Below, in pieces: positions 36,366 through 50,500 of a DNA stretch of 64,000 nucleotides (its first letter is position 1; each line of letters starts with the position of its first letter). The stretch spans positions 8,195,924-8,259,923 of the forward strand of contig NC_069002.1 in assembly GCF_001194135.2 (NCBI RefSeq), in the 5' to 3' direction. The notes under the pieces were generated by a model, which was not told where the DNA came from, did no database searches, and saw nothing but the letters and a program-made list of their open reading frames with translations. The translations under genes were made by a program, and so were the position numbers. The stretch comes from Octopus bimaculoides. Its lineage: Eukaryota.

Positions 36366-37222
36366 CCTATGTGTGTGTATGTATGTGTGTGAGTGTGTGT
36401 GTGTATGAGTGAGAAATACAAGTTGGGAGTTAGTGTGTCGTGTTCGTTGTTTGCGTCATATCTGTTGCAAAATTTTATTGACGCTATGAGTACAATTATG
36501 TTAAATATTTGATTGCGAATGTGGCGATGACGCTGCGGCGAATTCCATTCTGTATTCTTTATCATCGCCATTATAATCAAAAGTTGTCATCGTTATCTTC
36601 TTGTCATCGTTGTTATCATTGTTGCTTTTCTTGGTGGTGATGTAACTTGCCACGACGTTCATTCGCATGACATGTGTCGCCAAGTAAACTTGCATACCAC
36701 AGCAACTTGGTGCATATGTACGGAATCATATGATGTTTCCAATTAGATGGCTCATTACGTTATCTGTCAGTGGTCGTGGTGGTGATGGGGTGAGAGAAGA
36801 GGGGGGGGTGGAAACAAGAAGAAAGAAAGAGAGCGAAGGGAAGAGAAAAAGAGAGGGAGAGAGGGGAAGAGGTAAAGATGATGAACGAATAAATAAAGAG
36901 CGAGTGTGTTTATATTTTGAACGAGAAGTGATTGTAAGTAAAAGAGAAACAAAAATATGTTTATTACGAGAGAGAGAAAGAGATAGAGTGATGAGTAATG
37001 TGAGAGAGACAGAAGAGAAGGAAGAAAGGCAGATAGAAAAGTGGTACTGTCCTTATGTAAATCGCATATAGGCGCAGGAGTGGCTTTGTGGTAAGAAGCT
37101 TTCTTCCAAACCACATGGTTCCAAGCACCATCGGTAAGTGTCTTCTACTATAGCCTCTGACCGACCAAAGCCTTGTGAGTGGATTTAGTAGACGGAAACT
37201 GAAAAAGAAGACCGTTGAGTAA

Positions 37223-37258
<36 letters not shown>

Positions 37259-38142
37259 TGTTGTATTTGGGGATGGTCAGCTTAGCCAACAAAAACACAC
37301 GCACTATATTTTTGGTATTAATTTGCTTCAGCTTTATTTTACATTAATCGTATTTCGGCCAGAGTTCTTTCGTCACACTTCTGTAACCTCATCAGTGGTC
37401 CTTTGCTTTCTTCTTTCTTATTTGTGTGTCCCTCCTTACTAACGATCAGCCATTTTGACAAAATGGCTGATCGTTAGTAAAGTATGTTATTCAAAATATA
37501 ACTCTCTTAGATTAACACACGTATTGTAGCGGTCCTTCAGTTTTTCTAAGCCCTGTAAAAGAAATCAGAAGGCTGGAACTCAACCAAGCCTTTTGTGATA
37601 TCCTTAAAGTCAGGAACTCTTTAGCACACCTTGTGTATGTATATATATATACATATATATANNNNNNNNNNNNNNNNNNNNNNNNNNNNNNNNNNNNNNN
37701 NNNNNNNNNNNNNNNNNNNNNNNNNNNNNNNNNNNNNNNNNNNNNNNNNNNNNNNNNNNNNNNNNNNNNNNNNNNNNNNNNNNNNNNNNNNNNNNNNNNN
37801 NNNNNNNNNNNNNNNNNNNNNNNNNNNNNNNNNNNNNNNNNNNNNNNNNNNNNNNNNNNNNNNNNNNNNNNNNNNNNNNNNNNNNNNNNNNNNNNNNNNN
37901 NNNNNNNNNNNNNNNNNNNNNNNNNNNNNNNNNNNNNNNNNNNNNNNNNNNNNNNNNNNNNNNNNNNNNNNNNNNNNNNNNNNNNNNNNNNNNNNNNNNN
38001 NNNNNNNNNNNNNNNNNNNNNNNNNNNNNNNNNNNNNNNNNNNNNNNNNNNNNNNNNNNNNNNNNNNNNNNNNNNNNNNNNNNNNNNNNNNNNNNNNNNN
38101 NNNNNNNNNNNNNNNNNNNNNNNNNNNNNNNNNNNNNNNNNN

Positions 38143-38207
<65 letters not shown>

Positions 38208-39386
38208 CACATACATAAATACATGCATACATACGAGAGGATGCCGAAAATTTCCTGGCTTTGTGTAAAAGAAAATCCAGGAAGATCAATTAATTATGAT
38301 TTTAATCAGCATATTATTCTCTCAGACTCACACCCTTATTGCAGCGGCCCTTCAGTTTTTCTAAGCCCTGTAAAAAGAACTCAGAATGTTGGGCCCCCAA
38401 CCAGGCCCTTTGCAATACTCTTAAAGCCAGAAACTTTTCAGCAACCTCCTTGTATACATAATGATTGTAATTGCGAACGATTGGTAATGTTCTGTACTAC
38501 CTTTAAAGCTAACCATATGATTCCCTGTCTGTGTGTTTGTGTGGTGATCTTAGTAAGTAATGCGCTATGGACTAGATGGAGAGAAATGGAGAGTCAGCTG
38601 GACAATTCGTATAAGATAGTCGCTAGTAGCAGTTCTAGCAGACTTCTCTTCTGTATTTGTATGTGTCTATATATGTGTATAGGTGTATGCTGCACTTTAC
38701 ATAGGCGAGGTGCTTTGTGTGCGCGTGTACGTTTCGATATTTGCATGTAGGATTAATTAGAAGGCTATGTCAATGTACCCGAATCGTATATAAGGAAATT
38801 AAAAAAGAATCTGTAAGCACTTGCACACACATACATACGTATGCATAGAAGTAAGTCTGTATGCATGTATGCACATGTGCATCTGCATATGTACGTGCAT
38901 ATATATATATATATATATATGTACGCATGATATATATGCATACACACACACACACACACACGTATATGTGTATATACTTTATGATAAAAGATGCGAAAAC
39001 ATTACAAAAATATATCACGCATATTTTTGTGATGTTTTTGCAGTTTTAATAATAAAACATATCACTCTACCTCTGGTATTCGAGTACTATTTTTCCCACC
39101 TTGTTTCACATTTATGAGCTTACTTTGGTATATATATATATATATNNNNNNNNNNNNNNNNNNNNNNNNNNNNNNNNNNNNNNNNNNNNNNNNNNNNNNN
39201 NNNNNNNNNNNNNNNNNNNNNNNNNNNNNNNNNNNNNNNNNNNNNNNNNNNNNNNNNNNNNNNNNNNNNNNNNNNNNNNNNNNNNNNNNNNNNNNNNNNN
39301 NNNNNNNNNNNNNNNNNNNNNNNNNNNNNNNNNNNNNNNNNNNNNNNNNNNNNNNNNNNNNNNNNNNNNNNNNNNNNNNNNNNNNN

Positions 39387-39449
<63 letters not shown>

Positions 39450-39730
39450 ATATGTAAGTCTCTATGCATGTGTGCGTGCGTGTATGTATGTATGTATGTA
39501 TGTAAGTATCTATGTATGTATGTATGGTTATGAGCATTAATGATCAGAGCAATCACTTGTTGGGGTCTGACTTGGATTTGACATATTCTATCTTATCAAT
39601 CTACAGTCACTTTGCTTGGAGTCTTATAAATCTGTCAATAATGGAAAGGCAATTAACAACTCCAAGTTTCTGTCTATCTATCTATTAAAACACGCGCACA
39701 TGAAAGCATATAAATATAGAAAACGTTTTC

Positions 39731-39793
<63 letters not shown>

Positions 39794-40730
39794 ATATATA
39801 TATATATATATATATAATTGTAAGAAGAATTCCATATTAAGTCAAAATATATATAATTGTTAATTAATCTGATTAATCTTAAGAAAAAAGCAGAATGTGA
39901 CTTACTCAAAATTTTGCAGATTTACTTTACTACATACCGAAACAATTTATTCCAATTTCCCACCAACTTTAAAAAAAAAAAAGTTCTATGCATTTATTAC
40001 TGATTGTGTGCATATAAATCCCTTTCCCGAAAACGAACTCAACCCGCTTGTATTCAGTGACATGTTACAATGTTCTGATACTACACATCGCATTCCTTAA
40101 AGATACGCTATTCTAAATGTAAATCAAAACGAAATGGAAATAGGAAGTCTCTTTAATTATTCCAGAAATATATCAACATAGACTGATATGTGTAATTCTG
40201 TGATGCAAGTTTTTGATGTAAGTCCGTGATGATATAAATCTGTAATTATTGGTCGACATTAAAAGAACATATTTGGTGACTAACATGTTATAATAATATT
40301 CTGGATGTCTGCGCAGTGGTTAGCACTAACGTTTACCAAAATGTTACTACATTCGTTCTTTCGCTTTCAGAGAAAATTACTCATACCTTATGATTTTATC
40401 AAAACTGAAAATTCTCAGAATATTTTCTTCTTGGACATCTGAAGAATGGAAAATGTGTTTCTTGATCAACGTTATTGATGCTTATCCACAGCAGGCACAC
40501 GCTGAAATATATTAGAAAATAAATGTATTCTAAAGAAAGGCAAAACTACGAACCAAGCAATGATGTATGCAAATGAGGTATGAAAATGTGTTTCTGACGG
40601 TGGTTAAAACATTCTTTAGATAGAGCAAAGTAAAATGTTGCTCGTGTGAGTTCAATTTCGAGTTCAACCGTTAAATGTAAATTATTTCACGTTCTCCCGA
40701 GGTTTCTAAATTCTTCTTTTGGCGACAACA

Positions 40731-40808
<78 letters not shown>

Positions 40809-41658
40809 TTATACAGAAGCAAAAATACAAAATTCTATTGCCTTCTGTAATTTATTGCAGAATTTCAGTAAAAAAAACCCCAATCAAAGTGCTTTTTGAA
40901 CTCTTTTATACCAACATATCTAATGAGTTAAATATTTATACGTTTCAATTTTCAATATATTGTGACGGTTTCCTGGGGAGGGTTGTTGGTAAATCAGTTA
41001 AAATCTCATGTCATCGTTAAAGTTATATGTTACATAGTTTCGATTTTATTTTCAATTTGAACATTCTAATAGGTGGGCGTGGGCATGTACTTCCTTGTAA
41101 TAAAACCAAGTGTAGACAAGATTATTTGTTTGATTTCAATGTTGTTCTTGTCCGTATTTCCATTTCTAATAACTTGTCCTTTTTTATGTTAAATACTGTT
41201 TTTATAAACGTATACTTTAAGTACAGATATTTTGAGTACTGTTTATTTATACTTAAACCTTGGTAATGTTTATAATTATATGACATTTATTTTTCAAAAT
41301 ATTTTTATTCTGACCTTTGTAAACATGGTTTATATCAAAACTTGAAACGAGGTTTTGAAATGGTCTAATGTTTATATTTACATTAAATGTTTCATGGCAG
41401 AAGGAAAACAAACAAACAAATTTTTGTTGTTATGGTTCTAAATGTTTGGTAATAATTAAGAGAAATGTGGAAATTTATTTTATGTACAGTCTGTGTTAGT
41501 GGTCGTTGGTGAAGTGATGAAGATTTTGAATCGAGCGATGATGATGACGATGAGGACTTAGGTACAAGGCTAACAATTCTGAGGTGGGTTCAGTGAATAC
41601 AATAGATCCCAGTCCTTGGCTGTTATTTATGTTATTGACACCAAGGGATGAAAGCCAA

Positions 41659-41698
<40 letters not shown>

Positions 41699-42602
41699 GT
41701 CTATCTATTGTGAGTCTAGATTGCGTAACCTCTAGGTGTATTCATTATACAGCACTCAAAGCAAACTCCTGGCTATCTATACTATCTCCAAATTGAAGTA
41801 TCGGTCTTAAGACTGGTACTTAAACGGAAGAAAGTTCATTAGTGTGGCAAATATAGCTTCTACAAATAAAGCAAGAGGCAGTTTACGTAAGAGAAACATA
41901 ACATGGTTTAATCCCTCCTTTGAATTTCATGTCGCGACAAACACACCAAGTGTGTGTCTTTAGAGCACTGGATAGGTATCTTTTCCCTGCTCATAGATAC
42001 ATAGCATCCTTATTAAGCAAACTATCAAATTAGCATACACCACTATACCAAACGTTTTGAAGAATCTAGCTGCGATAAATAAGATAATGTAAAATAATAT
42101 CAGCTGGGACCCACTAAACCTTTAAAAAAGTACAATAGTCGATGTAATCGATTTCCCCATACCCTTGTGCCAAAATTTGAAACTAATATTACTTTCGTTT
42201 TTTTTTTTCTTGCTTTGTTTTCTATTGTATATTTTCTGTCTAAATATTAGAGGATGTCGGTATGACTATACAATACACAATGCATTATAAAGATGGAGAT
42301 ATTAGAGTCTGATGTTACATATTGAGCTCTAAGTAATTAGTTATAAGTTGTATTATGATGTGTGTGTGTGTGTATGTGTGTGAATTAATAGATAATTATG
42401 TATGTGAATCTGTGTGAGTATATATATAGGTATATATTTGCACACACACACTCACACACATATATATATTTATATTCATATATATGTATATATATATACA
42501 CGTGCATATATATTTTAAATTATATATATATGTATATCTAATATATATATATATATATATATACATATATGTATATATATGTATATAGATGTATATATAT
42601 GC

Positions 42603-42640
<38 letters not shown>

Positions 42641-43399
42641 NNNNNNNNNNNNNNNNNNNNNNNNNNNNNNNNNNNNNNNNNNNNNNNNNNNNNNNNNNNN
42701 NNNNNNNNNNNNNNNNNNNNNNNNNNNNNNNNNNNNNNNNNNNNNNNNNNNNNNNNNNNNNNNNNNNNNNNATATTTTAAATTATATATATATGTATATC
42801 TAATATATATATATATATATATATACATATATGTTCACATACGCGGATACGCACACATATAGATAGACAGGTAGATAGATTTGTATATTTTCAATTTATC
42901 CAAGTTTGTATACAGTTAGATTAAATTTTATTAAAAAATATCTACAAATTCAATTTAACTAACAAATAACTGATACACGTGTTCAAAACAAGTTCGTGAT
43001 GTTATCATATAAAGCTTGTTATATTTGTTTCATCTGTTATAATTATATTTTCGCTCCCATTTTTCACAAATAAAAATTTATAATAATAATGAGTTATTGA
43101 CGAAAAGTATATTTTACAGACTGTGCTGAAAACTCAGTTCACGAAACTTAGTAATTTTATGGGTATCATTGTGCTGCTATTCGTCTAATAATATTGTTAT
43201 CTAGTACATATGGTGCGGCGGTGTCGTGATAAAGATGGTACTTTTGGTGACTTGGCCACTGCTTCTCACTTGGTAGGAAGGACGGGCTTCAGTTAGTTTC
43301 TAAATCTCTCGTATGTTGGCCTTAAGAGGTTCTCACTCATCTACTAAATCTCACTTGTGCTGGCTCCAAGTTCTTTCGTCACCCCTGGTGCATCATCTC

Positions 43400-43806
43400 A
43401 GCTGCCGGGCTATCCCATATAAAGTGATTGCGTTTACATTGCATAAATAGGTAGATGGAGTAGCAGAAGTAATGGCCAACGATTAGGGCGGAAGAATCAG
43501 AAGACTGATGACTAGATATCCCTGACAGGCGACCGTTCCACACTATACTTCGTGGGCCTCGGCTGTCAGTCAACAAATGCAGTTCCTCCTACAATCTCTT
43601 TCCTGAATAACGAATGATTGGGCTTCAGGTTAGCACTCTGTCCTCGAAAAGGCTCCAGTTTTGAAAACAGTTCAAAATGCAAAATCATCGTAGCAGCCGA
43701 GACAAAAATGATGTAGGAAAGATGGCTGCTGACCGACGACGCTGGAGTACTTTGACTGTCAAATGCAACGCCCAACGTTGGAGCACCCCAGTCTGTGTAA
43801 GTGAGC
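43400..43806 (+). mobile_element. Degenerate RTE-like LINE 3' relic
   Basis: Fragments GRIRRLMTRYP*QA and DVGKMAADRRRWSTLTVKC resemble RTE 'GHxxR...RxPKQ' and 'AxDRxxWR' motifs; multiple stops. Confidence 0.4.
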
Positions 43807-44112
43807 GTGTGCATGCTTTGATCTTTGTGTGAGGACACAATCATGTTCAGATCACTTATATTTAGAGAATATGTTTCAGTACTGTATACCAGACCTGAAT
43901 ATAGGTCACAGTTAAGGTCAAATAAAGGAGATAATAAGGGAAATCTAATTGCTAAAAGTACCAAACGGATCTGCCTCGAATCGCATCATAACCTTTAAAA
44001 AAATAAATGGAAAATGATACATTGGCCAATATATTATAAAAAAAATAAACCTTGATGTCTTTCATCATAGGTGAGCTGAATCAGGGTTGACCTAGGGTTA
44101 AATCACGACAAC

Positions 44113-44172
<60 letters not shown>

Positions 44173-44479
44173 TCAAAGAGAGAAGCCAAAGGCTAGCAGA
44201 AGTCGACTTTGCCTTTTATTCCTTCGGGGGTCGATAAAATAAATACCAGTTGAAAAGTGGAGGGAGGGGGGCGATCTAATTGACTTACCACCTGCACAAA
44301 ATTTGCTAGCCTTAGGTCAAAATTTGAAATCAATATCAAAGAGGAGCCATATTAATAATGTTGTCTACTTTCTTTAACTGAAATACGCTGGAGAGTACAG
44401 AGACCTATACGCATCTATTTTGATGTATTGTTTTATTTCAGAGACGTTATTGTAATATATCCATGTGATCTGTACCGTT

Positions 44480-45130
44480 TTATTTTAGAACTATTAATGT
44501 ATCTATGCGGACTATACCATTCTGTGTATTGAAATACAAATGGCGATGTGTACTATACTATTTTATTTCATAGACAGTTATCCATGTGAGCACATTCTAT
44601 CGTATCGATATGCATATATCTCGATTGATTGCATCACTGTATTGGATAAACACGTATATTTATGTGGCTTGGACCATTCTATTGTATAGACAAATACGTA
44701 GCTATGTGGACTCTACCATTCTGTTGTGTAGGCAAACATGCATATTTATATGGCTTGGAATTTTCTGTTGTATAGACAGATACGTAGCTAGGTGGATTCT
44801 ACCATTCTGCTGTATGGAGAGATACGTAGCTATGTGGACTCTACCATTCTGTTGTATAGATAAATACTGGGTTATGTGGACTACAATTGTGTTGTATAGG
44901 CAGATACGTAGCTATGTGGACTCTACCATTCTCTTGTATAGGCAAACACATATATTTATGTGGCTTGAACCGTTCTGTTGTTTAAACAGATTCGTAGCTA
45001 TATGGGATCTACTGTGTTACTGTATAGATAAATACGTAGCTATGTGGACTCTACCATTCTGTTGTATAGACAAATATGTAGCAACGTGGCATGTACCATT
45101 TTATTGTGGAGGCATACATGTACGTATCTA
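44480..45130. repeat. 42/44-bp minisatellite array
   Basis: Consensus TACGTAGCTATGTGGACTCTACCATTCTGTTGTATAGACAAA; unit starts at 44651, 44695, 44737, 44781, 44823, 44865, 44905, 44947, 44991, 45033, 45075. Confidence 0.9.
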
Positions 45131-46368
45131 AGTGTAATGTACCACTGTATTTTGCTGAGGTAGCATGGTTTGCTACACCATGAGAATAAAACATCTTACA
45201 TGACTTTATACAGCGCATTTATTATGTGTGTGTGTGTGTGTTCGTATGTGTATCCATGCAATTATTGCCCACATTTATTTCAGATTTCTCCAATAATTTG
45301 CAAAATAAATTAACACCAGTTAGAGGTAAAACCAACAACAGTTAATTGATGCTACCAATATTGACTGTATTTCACACCAAGCAGGAATTTAGACTCCACT
45401 TTTATCTATCTGGACAGACACATCTAATCCGATCATCAACACCTTAACATATTCATATAGATTTATTACTAATCGCCTGTTTTATTTTATAGCATCAGTG
45501 CGGTACTTCTTCCAGCTCTTTACGTTACTAATTCATATTCTTCCGAAGTCGACTTTGCTTTTCGTCCTTTCGGGATCGATAAAATAAATACAAGTTGAGT
45601 ACTGGAATTGATGTAATCGATCTGCCTCCTCCCGTTAAAAATTGCTGTTATTTTTTTTTTTTGTTTATCCAAAATTTGAAATAGCTCTTATCACCAATAT
45701 TTCATTACGTGTAAGTTGGCGAGCTGGTAGAATTGTTACCGGACAAAACGTTTAGCAGCATTTCTTCCGTCCTTACCATCTGAGTTGAGTACTGGGGCTA
45801 CAAAGTAAGTTTATAACTGTATATAGTTGGTTTGAAGAATGTTAAATGTGTTTAAACTCGATAATTTTCTATTCTAATCAAAAATTCCTGGAGGAATTCT
45901 TGACCCATTTCCTTATATATATATTTCAATGGAGAGTGTTTATGAAAAATAAATAGGTGAACATTTTTTTGATTGAAATATTTTGGTAGCAAATAATGAA
46001 CTGAAATAGAAAAAATCACATATTTTCTCTGAATTCAATGAATGAACTTTAGATGACCAAGTTAAAGTGCTACAAATATAATTCTTGCGTTTTCTTGCTT
46101 TCTATCTCCATATATTTCATGATTTTATTGGAAAAAAAAATTAAATTATTGACCAGATTCAATCTTTGAACGCTGTTAAAAACAAACGAAAGAAAACGAA
46201 ACAAAAAACGAAAAAAGGAAACGTGGCCAAACACACACACACACATACACACACACACACACACACGCACGCACACAAGCACACACATGCACACACATTC
46301 ACATATATATACACATTATATACATATACAAACACATACACGCTCAAACATACACATTCACAGACATT

Positions 46369-46422
<54 letters not shown>

Positions 46423-46799
46423 AACGCACGCACACACACATATGCACTCACACACAAACACGCACACACACACGCACGCACACCCACACACCCACGCACA
46501 CACACACACATATACGCGGTTATTACCAATTCAGATAATGCTTGGTGGCAGTAATAATTGTTGCAGCATTTATGTACTAGCAGCGATAGTAGGGTAGTCA
46601 GTTCGTGGAAGTGGTTGAAAAGAGGAGAATCAGATTCGTAAAATTAGTTCAAGGAAAGCAAGAGTTCAAAGACTGGAGGAATCTTCAGGCAGCAGTTGCT
46701 GTTGTGGTCCTTGCTGCTGCTGCGGCTGCTGTTGTTTTCTGGCGGTCGTTGCTGCTGTTGTTATTGTAATAGTTGCTGTTACTGTAGTAGTAGTAGTAG

Positions 46800-47220
46800 T
46801 GGCGCAATAGCCCAGTGGTTCGGGCAGCGGCCTCGCGGTCATAGGATCGCGGTTTCGATTCCCAGACCGGGCGTTGTGAGTGTTTATTGAGCGAAAACAC
46901 CTAAAAAAGCTCCACCAGGCTCCNNNNNNNNNNNNNNNNNNNNNNNNNNNNNNNNNNNNNNNNNNNNNNNNNNNNNNNNNNNNNNNNNNNNNNNNNNNNN
47001 NNNNNNNNNNNNNNNNNNNNNNNNNNNNNNNNNNNNNNNNNNNNNNNNNNNNNNNNNNNNNNNNNNNNNNNNNNNNNNNNNNNNNNNNNNNNNNNNNNNN
47101 NNNNNNNNNNNNNNNNNNNNNNNNNNNNNNNNNNNNNNNNNNNNNNNNNNNNNNNNNNNNNNNNNNNNNNNNNNNNNNNACTGGAACCCTCGACGTCGTA
47201 AGCGACGGAGTACCAGCAAC
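46800..47220 (+). mobile_element. SINE family 1 copy, gap in middle
   Basis: Head and 3' end match 5461-5844. Confidence 0.85.
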
Positions 47221-48920
47221 TGCAGTAGTAATGGTTATTGCTATAACCGTTGCTGTTTTTGTTATTGTTGCTGGGGACGTTGTAGCTATTGTTGTAGTTG
47301 TAACTAAATGCTGTGATCAATGCTGCTGTTACTGCTGCTGTTGTTGTTATTGTAGTTGTTACTGTTGTTACTGCTGCGGTCGTTGCTTCTGTTGTTCTAC
47401 AATTGTAAGTTGTCATTATTGCTGTTGTTTCGGCAGAGAAATAATAACTCACAATTCCCCCCCCCCCAACCACCATCACATGTTGTTGATGGGGTTATTC
47501 ATCAATCATAAAAGATGCTGTGATTAAATAGAACATTTGTATCAATTTGTTTTGTTGCTACTCTTGTTGTTGTTGCTGAACCCAGATAACAAAATATGAA
47601 GAAGAAAAAAAAAACATGTAAAAAAAAACAAAAAAACAAAACGAGAATGGTAAAAATCATAGAGCAGAAACCATATAAGGCGTGTTTTATCTCGCTGGAT
47701 GGACCAGCGGACACTGGAATGCTCTAAGGATTTCTTATCAGCAGAATATGCAAGAGAAAGCTTAACCGCTGAGCGCTGGGATAACTTAATAAACTGATGT
47801 AAGAGAATACGATGATCCATTTTCGAAAAATTTCGTGGATTGAAACAGGATTCGAGAGTAAGACATGTCTTTGTGGTGGTAAATGGAACGGTAGAGAATA
47901 GATAACAGAACATTATAGAATTATTAGAATATTAGATTTTCCGGAGCAGCACGTAGAATGGTTGACGAAAAATTTTGAGTCACTGAGGCTTGTAGAAGTG
48001 AGAAGCTCTTGTTTGTAACTTTTGCAAGCAAACGTTTCGCTGATCCGTGTTGATATCTGCCAACCGACTATAAATAATGATGTGCAAGATAAACAATGAG
48101 ACTTAAAACGCTCAAAGAATTGTTTAAATTTCATAAGTGTTTGATGGGAACTTTAAATTAGTCTGAGAAAAACGCCCAGGTTTTTGGAGATATAACCAAA
48201 TGTATTAAGTCTCGTTCATTTTCGTCCGACGTTTGAAATAATTTTGTTTAATCGTATTAGGAGTAAAAACACGTATTTGTAAGACTTACTTCACTTAAGT
48301 ATTAACTATTACGTCTGGTTTCTTGTTCCGGAAGTTTACTCACGAAACACAATATTCGAGATTCTAGATTCACTAAATTAATGGATAGAAGTTCGTTTCA
48401 CAGACGTCGTTCTGAAAGAGAAAAGAAATTTCGAAAACAAAAAAAACAAACCCAATGAAAATTCTGATTCACTCACTCACTCGCTCACTCACACACTACA
48501 CAAAGTTCGTCCGGAAATAATGGTTTGTCAGATGTGGACCATTATTTCACACTGAGATGTCGTTTTATATTTTATTACGCCCAGCTATGTCGTTTGTCTT
48601 TATAAGACAAACATCTAACGATACACACATAAAAACATCCATTGTACAAATATCTGCGCATTTATACACGTAAACGTTTACATTAAATTTATTAAGAGTT
48701 GCGGTGTAATTAATATATGTCAACTACACATTTCGAAAGCAAAATAACAAATTGTGCTTCTATTGAAGAGGAAACATTGATGATGTATTCTCCCCTTGAT
48801 ACTCTTCTAATTAAACTTTATCACTTAACTCCGTGGAGACCGAATATGCTCTGAGTTGACAAAAGTCGATTGCAATGTAAAAATTAGCGTGTAATAGTGT
48901 GGATATTCTGAGTAGCAATA

Positions 48921-48968
<48 letters not shown>

Positions 48969-49382
48969 TACACACACACACACACACACATACACACGCA
49001 CACGCACGTACGCAGCAAGCACGCGCACACATGCAATCTCATACAAGAGCAGGCATGTCTGTGTAGTTCAGAAGCTCTTTGTAACCCTGTAGTTTCGGGT
49101 TCAATTTCCCTGCGCGACGCCTTGGTCAGGTGGTCAAGTGACCTCCACTATATCAACGGCTCACTCAATGGCTTGTAAGTGAATTTGGTCGATGGAAACT
49201 GTGTAGACGCCCATCATTCATATATACAGACGTTACTATACCCGTGCCTTTTGGTTGGACATTGCGAAAAGTCCACCTTAATAATTTATATATGGCTCAG
49301 TGGTTAGAGCATCAAGCTTACGATCATGAGGTTGTGAGTTCTCTCTCCCTCTCTCTCTCTATCTCTCTCTCTCTATATATGT

Positions 49383-49422
<40 letters not shown>

Positions 49423-49719
49423 ACGTGCATTTGTGTGCGCTCACGTAAGTGTGGTTGTCCATATATATTTGTGAATGTATGTACCTATTTGTGTGTGTGC
49501 GCATTTGTGTGAATGCATGTGTGTATTTTGCGTGCGCCGGTGAGCGTCTCTAAGTACTTGTGAACATATCTTTGTGCGTGCGTGCGTAGGCATATTTGTG
49601 CACGCACATATGCATATTTTGTGTATCTGTGTACATGTATTTGTGCATGTGCATGCACTCGTGTGTGCCCTTGTGCGTGTGTGTGAAACTGTCGTTACTC
49701 TGAATTTATCGATCGTTCA

Positions 49720-50500
49720 TATAACAGAAAATATTAATGGCTGTTTGATTTATACAAGAATTCACTACACGATGAGTTACTCTTTATTCTTCGATGGTCA
49801 CAACGGGCCAGTGCTTTGCTTATCATAACCTTGTATATATTTGGTTAGGTTATACCCGTTAACTTTATATTCTCAATGTTCCTTCGGCAAATAACTCTTC
49901 AAACTGGTTTTCAGGTTAGAGTTACATAACGTATTTTTAGAATCAAGAGAGGACTTGTATTATCTCTGTCACTGAAAAGTAAAATTCATACTCATAACAC
50001 AGATGAACAAGGTCCGCAATAAAAACAACGTAAATGCTAGTAACAGCTGACAAGGCAATAGAAACTTCGAAATTTACAGCCTCAACCTAAGTTTTTCAGA
50101 AACATTTCGCCATTGTTATAGCGTAAATGCAACTACAGAATTGCACTAATCGGTCCAATCAATGACAAATGTCTCTCGAATGCTTTTGTGTATATAGCTA
50201 CCGTGACAAAACCAAATTGTACAATATTGGTATACAGAGGGTTAACAGAAAGTAACTTAAAAACATCGGTGTACACAGAATGTACATTCCTACATAGCCA
50301 AAGACAAAATCAGCTCAGCATTAATATTCTGAAACATTTGAAAGCTCTAAAGCTGTGGAATCAATATTTTGATAAAATAGAGTATTTCCGAAAACGTTAT
50401 GTTGTACGTAATTGGGATACACAAATGTAACCTTTGCGTAGCAGAAAAATATCATATTTTGATAATATTACGGAACACATTAAACAAAAAAGACGTCTCA
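49720..50500 (+). mobile_element. Penelope-like element relic (GIY-YIG endonuclease region)
   Basis: KCN....PINDKCLSNAFVYIATV...YRGLTESNLK...then frameshifted KCNLCVAEKYHIL, matching the CNC..CP..CL..VY.A..Y.G.TE..K / C.LC..EK..I pattern of PLE ORFs. Confidence 0.7.

Noticed and set aside
37512-39556. Long His/Thr/Tyr/Ile/Cys/Val ORFs (also 20828-21948, 46070-46597, 53380-55187, 60805-62944)
   Set aside because: Translations of dinucleotide microsatellites and N gaps.
44480-45130. CRISPR-like array
   Set aside because: Units are contiguous tandem copies with no unique spacers, no cas genes, and a eukaryotic context.
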